DNA of 64,000 nucleotides, taken from positions 192,930 through 256,929 of the forward strand of contig CAZFRE010000002.1 in the NCBI GenBank assembly GCA_964521195.1, in the 5' to 3' direction. A model generated the notes under the pieces. That model saw only the letters and a program-made list of their open reading frames with translations, did no database searches and was not told the origin of the DNA. The position numbers and the translations under genes were made by a program. Of the stretch, positions 61,634 to 64,000 are shown in pieces. Source of the DNA: an uncultured Eubacteriales bacterium (lineage in GTDB: Bacteria > Actinomycetota > Coriobacteriia > Anaerosomatales > JAAXUF01). The stretch's first letter is position 1; each line of letters opens with the position of its first letter.

Positions 61634-64000
61634 ATGACACGGCGCAGATTCTTCCGGTCCCATCTGTACAGTCAGATCGTCCTGCCGCTGTTCGTGGCCT
61701 CGGTGATCGTCGGTTCGGTCGCCACGGTCGCTGCTGTGGTGTTCCTGCGTGACCTCACGACTCGATGGGTGACCGAGGTCGCCCAGACCGTCGCCTCAGA
61801 CCTCAGCGTCTCCTACGAACGCTACGCCGAGGAGATGCAGCGGCTCGCGTGGTTCCTCGCGGCAGACCCCAACGTCGCGGCGGTGATCGCCGCAGACGAC
61901 GTCGGAGGGTTGCACAGACTGCTCGGAGACGCCGCCGCGTCTCTGGAGGTCGACGCGATCGCGGTGTTGGACGAGTCGGGCGTCGTCATCGACGCGTACG
62001 GGCCCAATGCGCCGGCGCGCGGGACCGCGCCGCTCGGCGACAAGGGGCAGGCGCGACCCGGCGTCGGGCGCTCGAAGCGGAGCATGTTCGTCGTGCTCGA
62101 GGGGCGCGCCGCTCTGGTGTCACTGCATCCGTTCCGCACGCCGGACGGGGCGTACCATACGGTCGTCATGGCGCGGGCGCTCGACGACGACCTGCTCGCG
62201 CAGTTCGCGGGCGGTGCGGGTACCGCGTTCGGCTACTACAGCCCCGACGGCAAGCTCGTCGCCTTCGCGCCGAGCGAGCGTGCAGACCTCGTCGCCCCCG
62301 ACGCGCTCAAGCGCGCTCTGGCGGCCACCAGTCCCCCCGTCGCCGAGGCACTTGCGGCGGCGGCGGTCGACGGACCGGGCGTCGGCCTGTTGTCGGTCGC
62401 GGATTCCGACTACGAGATCTCCGCTCGGCGCGTCGTGCTTGCCGGGGCGGGCGGCTCCCCCGACGACGAGCTCGGCTACGCGATGAGCGTGGTCGATCGC
62501 TCAGCCTCGGACGCTGCGGGCAGGGCGACGATGAACCTGATCATAATCTGGTCGGTCGTCGCTGTCGTCGCGCTCGTAGGCCTTGGCGGCTGGGTCGCTC
62601 GCACCGTGTCGGAGCCGGTTGCGGAGCTGTCGTTCGGTGCGAGGCGCGTCGCCGATGGCGACTTCTCCACCAAGGTCGACGTCCACGGCACGAACGAGAT
62701 CGCGCAGCTCGGCATCGCGTTCAACGAGATGACCGACTCGCTTCGCGAACGCAGCGAGTCGCTGACCAAGAAGGTGCTCGAGCTCGCGACGCTCTACGAG
62801 ATGAGCCGTGCGCTCGGGTCGACGCTGGACATGGACGAGCTGCTCGGCTCGGTGCTCGACTCGGCACTGCGGATCTTCGACCTGGACATGGGCTACGTCG
62901 CGCTGCGGGACAAGGAGTCGGGTGTCCTGTCCGTTCGGGCGGTGCGCGGCTCCGGTACCAACGCGAGCGACGCCGTACGCTCATCGATGTCGGAGTGGGT
63001 GGTGCGGGAAGGCCGCCCCCTGATCTTCAACCCGGATTCGGCCACCGGGCAGGGGCAGGTCGACGCGGTGACCGGCGCGCGAGCGGCGCTGTGCGTGCCG
63101 CTTGTCTCCGCCGACGGCACCATCGGCTCCATCACGGTCGGCTCGGGTGACGCGGAGTACCGTTTCAACAGCGACGACGTCCGGCTGCTCTCGACGATCG
63201 CGAACCACGTCGCCATAGCGATCGGCAACATCGAGCTGTTCTCGAGCCTCCAGGACGCCTACCTCGCCACCGTGCGCTCGCTCGCGGCGGCGGTCGATGC
63301 GAAGGACACCTACACCCGCGGCCACTCGGACAGGGTGGCGCAGTACGCGGTGCTCATCGCCGAGCGCCTGGGCGTGAGTCACGAGCAGCGCATCGCACTC
63401 GAGATGGCCGCCTACCTGCACGACATCGGCAAGATCGGTGTCGCCGAGGAGATCTTGCTCAAGCCCGGCAAGTTGACCTCCGACGAGATGGAGCAGATGC
63501 GCCATCACCCGCTCATCGGCGCCAACATCCTCAAGCCGGTGGCGTTCCCGTGGGCCATCACGCCGATCGTCCGCCACCACCACGAGCACTTCGACGGGAC
63601 CGGCTACCCGGCCGGGTTGCGTGGCGAGGAGATCCCGTTGCTCGCCCGCATCCTCACCGCCGCGGACTCGTACGAGGCGATGACCGCAGACCGTCCGTAC
63701 CGCCGCGGCTTGGCGGCGGATGCCGCGCTCGAGGAGCTCAAGTCGTGCGCGGGCTCGCAGTTCGATCCCCGCATCGTCTCGCTGTTGGTCGAGATCGTGA
63801 ACAACGAGGAGCACGAGGCCGAGGGCGCCCACGCGCACGTCAGCGATTCCATCGAGCACGAGGAGGTCAGGGCGATCTTCGCGGCGCTTGTCGATGGCGT
63901 CTTCTCGAGTTTCCGCAAGCTGGGCGGTCCGCGGCTGGCGAGCAACGTCGAGGCCGATGTGGACAGGCAGTTCGCCGAGGCCGATTGGCCTTTCCGCATC
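61634..64000 (+). CDS. Sensor protein: TM - extracytoplasmic domain - TM - HAMP - GAF - HD-GYP, 3' end beyond the window (not in the supplied ORF track)
   Basis: Hand translation of frame 2 from ATG 61634 (MTRRRFFRSHLYSQIVLPLF...) stays open to nt 64000. HAMP (VSEPVAELSFGARRVADGDFSTKV...FNEM), a GAF region, and HD-GYP motifs (VDAKDTYTRGHSDRV, LHDIGKIGV, HHHEHFDGTGYPAGL). A TATACAAT box lies at 61564-61571 upstream. Confidence 0.85.
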   Translation, partial: MTRRRFFRSHLYSQIVLPLFVASVIVGSVATVAAVVFLRDLTTRWVTEVAQTVASDLSVSYERYAEEMQRLAWFLAADPNVAAVIAADDVGGLHRLLGDAAASLEVDAIAVLDESGVVIDAYGPNAPARGTAPLGDKGQARPGVGRSKRSMFVVLEGRAALVSLHPFRTPDGAYHTVVMARALDDDLLAQFAGGAGTAFGYYSPDGKLVAFAPSERADLVAPDALKRALAATSPPVAEALAAAAVDGPGVGLLSVADSDYEISARRVVLAGAGGSPDDELGYAMSVVDRSASDAAGRATMNLIIIWSVVAVVALVGLGGWVARTVSEPVAELSFGARRVADGDFSTKVDVHGTNEIAQLGIAFNEMTDSLRERSESLTKKVLELATLYEMSRALGSTLDMDELLGSVLDSALRIFDLDMGYVALRDKESGVLSVRAVRGSGTNASDAVRSSMSEWVVREGRPLIFNPDSATGQGQVDAVTGARAALCVPLVSADGTIGSITVGSGDAEYRFNSDDVRLLSTIANHVAIAIGNIELFSSLQDAYLATVRSLAAAVDAKDTYTRGHSDRVAQYAVLIAERLGVSHEQRIALEMAAYLHDIGKIGVAEEILLKPGKLTSDEMEQMRHHPLIGANILKPVAFPWAITPIVRHHHEHFDGTGYPAGLRGEEIPLLARILTAADSYEAMTADRPYRRGLAADAALEELKSCAGSQFDPRIVSLLVEIVNNEEHEAEGAHAHVSDSIEHEEVRAIFAALVDGVFSSFRKLGGPRLASNVEADVDRQFAEADWPFRI

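Noticed and set aside
61765-63150. 461-aa listed ORF in frame 1
   Set aside because: Its composition is extreme (Arg/Gly/Ala). Frame 2 over the same DNA encodes a coherent HAMP-GAF-HD-GYP sensor.

Overview
High-GC, densely coding chromosomal window with about 60 protein genes, many joined by 1-4 nt start/stop overlaps. It probably comes from an anaerobic high-GC Gram-positive organism (Actinomycetota/Coriobacteriia-like). That placement is an inference from gene content and GGAGG ribosome-binding sites, not a verified result.

Recognisable blocks, in order:
- An ornithine oxidative-degradation (Stickland-type) cluster: ortB-like (5' partial), oraS, oraE, a GlmL/MutL-like reactivase and a racemase. 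It is interrupted by an oppositely oriented SBF/ACR3-superfamily permease.
- A marR-ABC-ABC-thioesterase operon.
- DUF308/HdeD membrane proteins, one fused to two tandem alpha/beta-hydrolase domains.
- Two GAF/HD-GYP c-di-GMP phosphodiesterase-type sensors. The second (61634 to the window end) is missing from the supplied ORF track because it has no stop in the window.
- An orphan cytochrome b.
- A tight four-gene envelope cluster: C39-like cysteine peptidase, TM/TPR-like protein, LolA/DUF4367-like protein and TolB-like lipoprotein.
- arcA, typA, a CDGSH protein and a TipA-type MerR with a textbook 19-bp-spacer promoter.
- A CWB2 cell-wall-binding protein and a MacB-type ABC exporter.
- A radical-SAM ArsS-like gene, a fused rSAM/selenodomain-associated transferase 1+2 gene and an AlkD-like gene.
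- ffs-dnaX-ybaB-recR.
- A four-subunit 2-oxoacid:ferredoxin oxidoreductase (porCDAB order).

No rRNA, tRNA, CRISPR array, transposase or integrase was seen.

Most interesting observations:
1. A probable selenocysteine-recoded UGA at the C-terminus of the ArsS-like radical SAM protein. The read-through stop overlaps (GTGA) the start of the next gene.
2. Two homologous two-hairpin modules, each preceded by a TATACT box, flank the SRP RNA gene. They differ by four compensatory base-pair changes.
3. An 18-bp perfect palindrome, GATACCCCATGGGGTATC, lies in the divergent promoter region of the ornithine operon.
4. The uncharacterised envelope cluster and the tandem-hydrolase/DUF308 fusion.

All functional calls rest on motif recognition by eye and recollection of protein families. 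No database search or numeric composition analysis was run.
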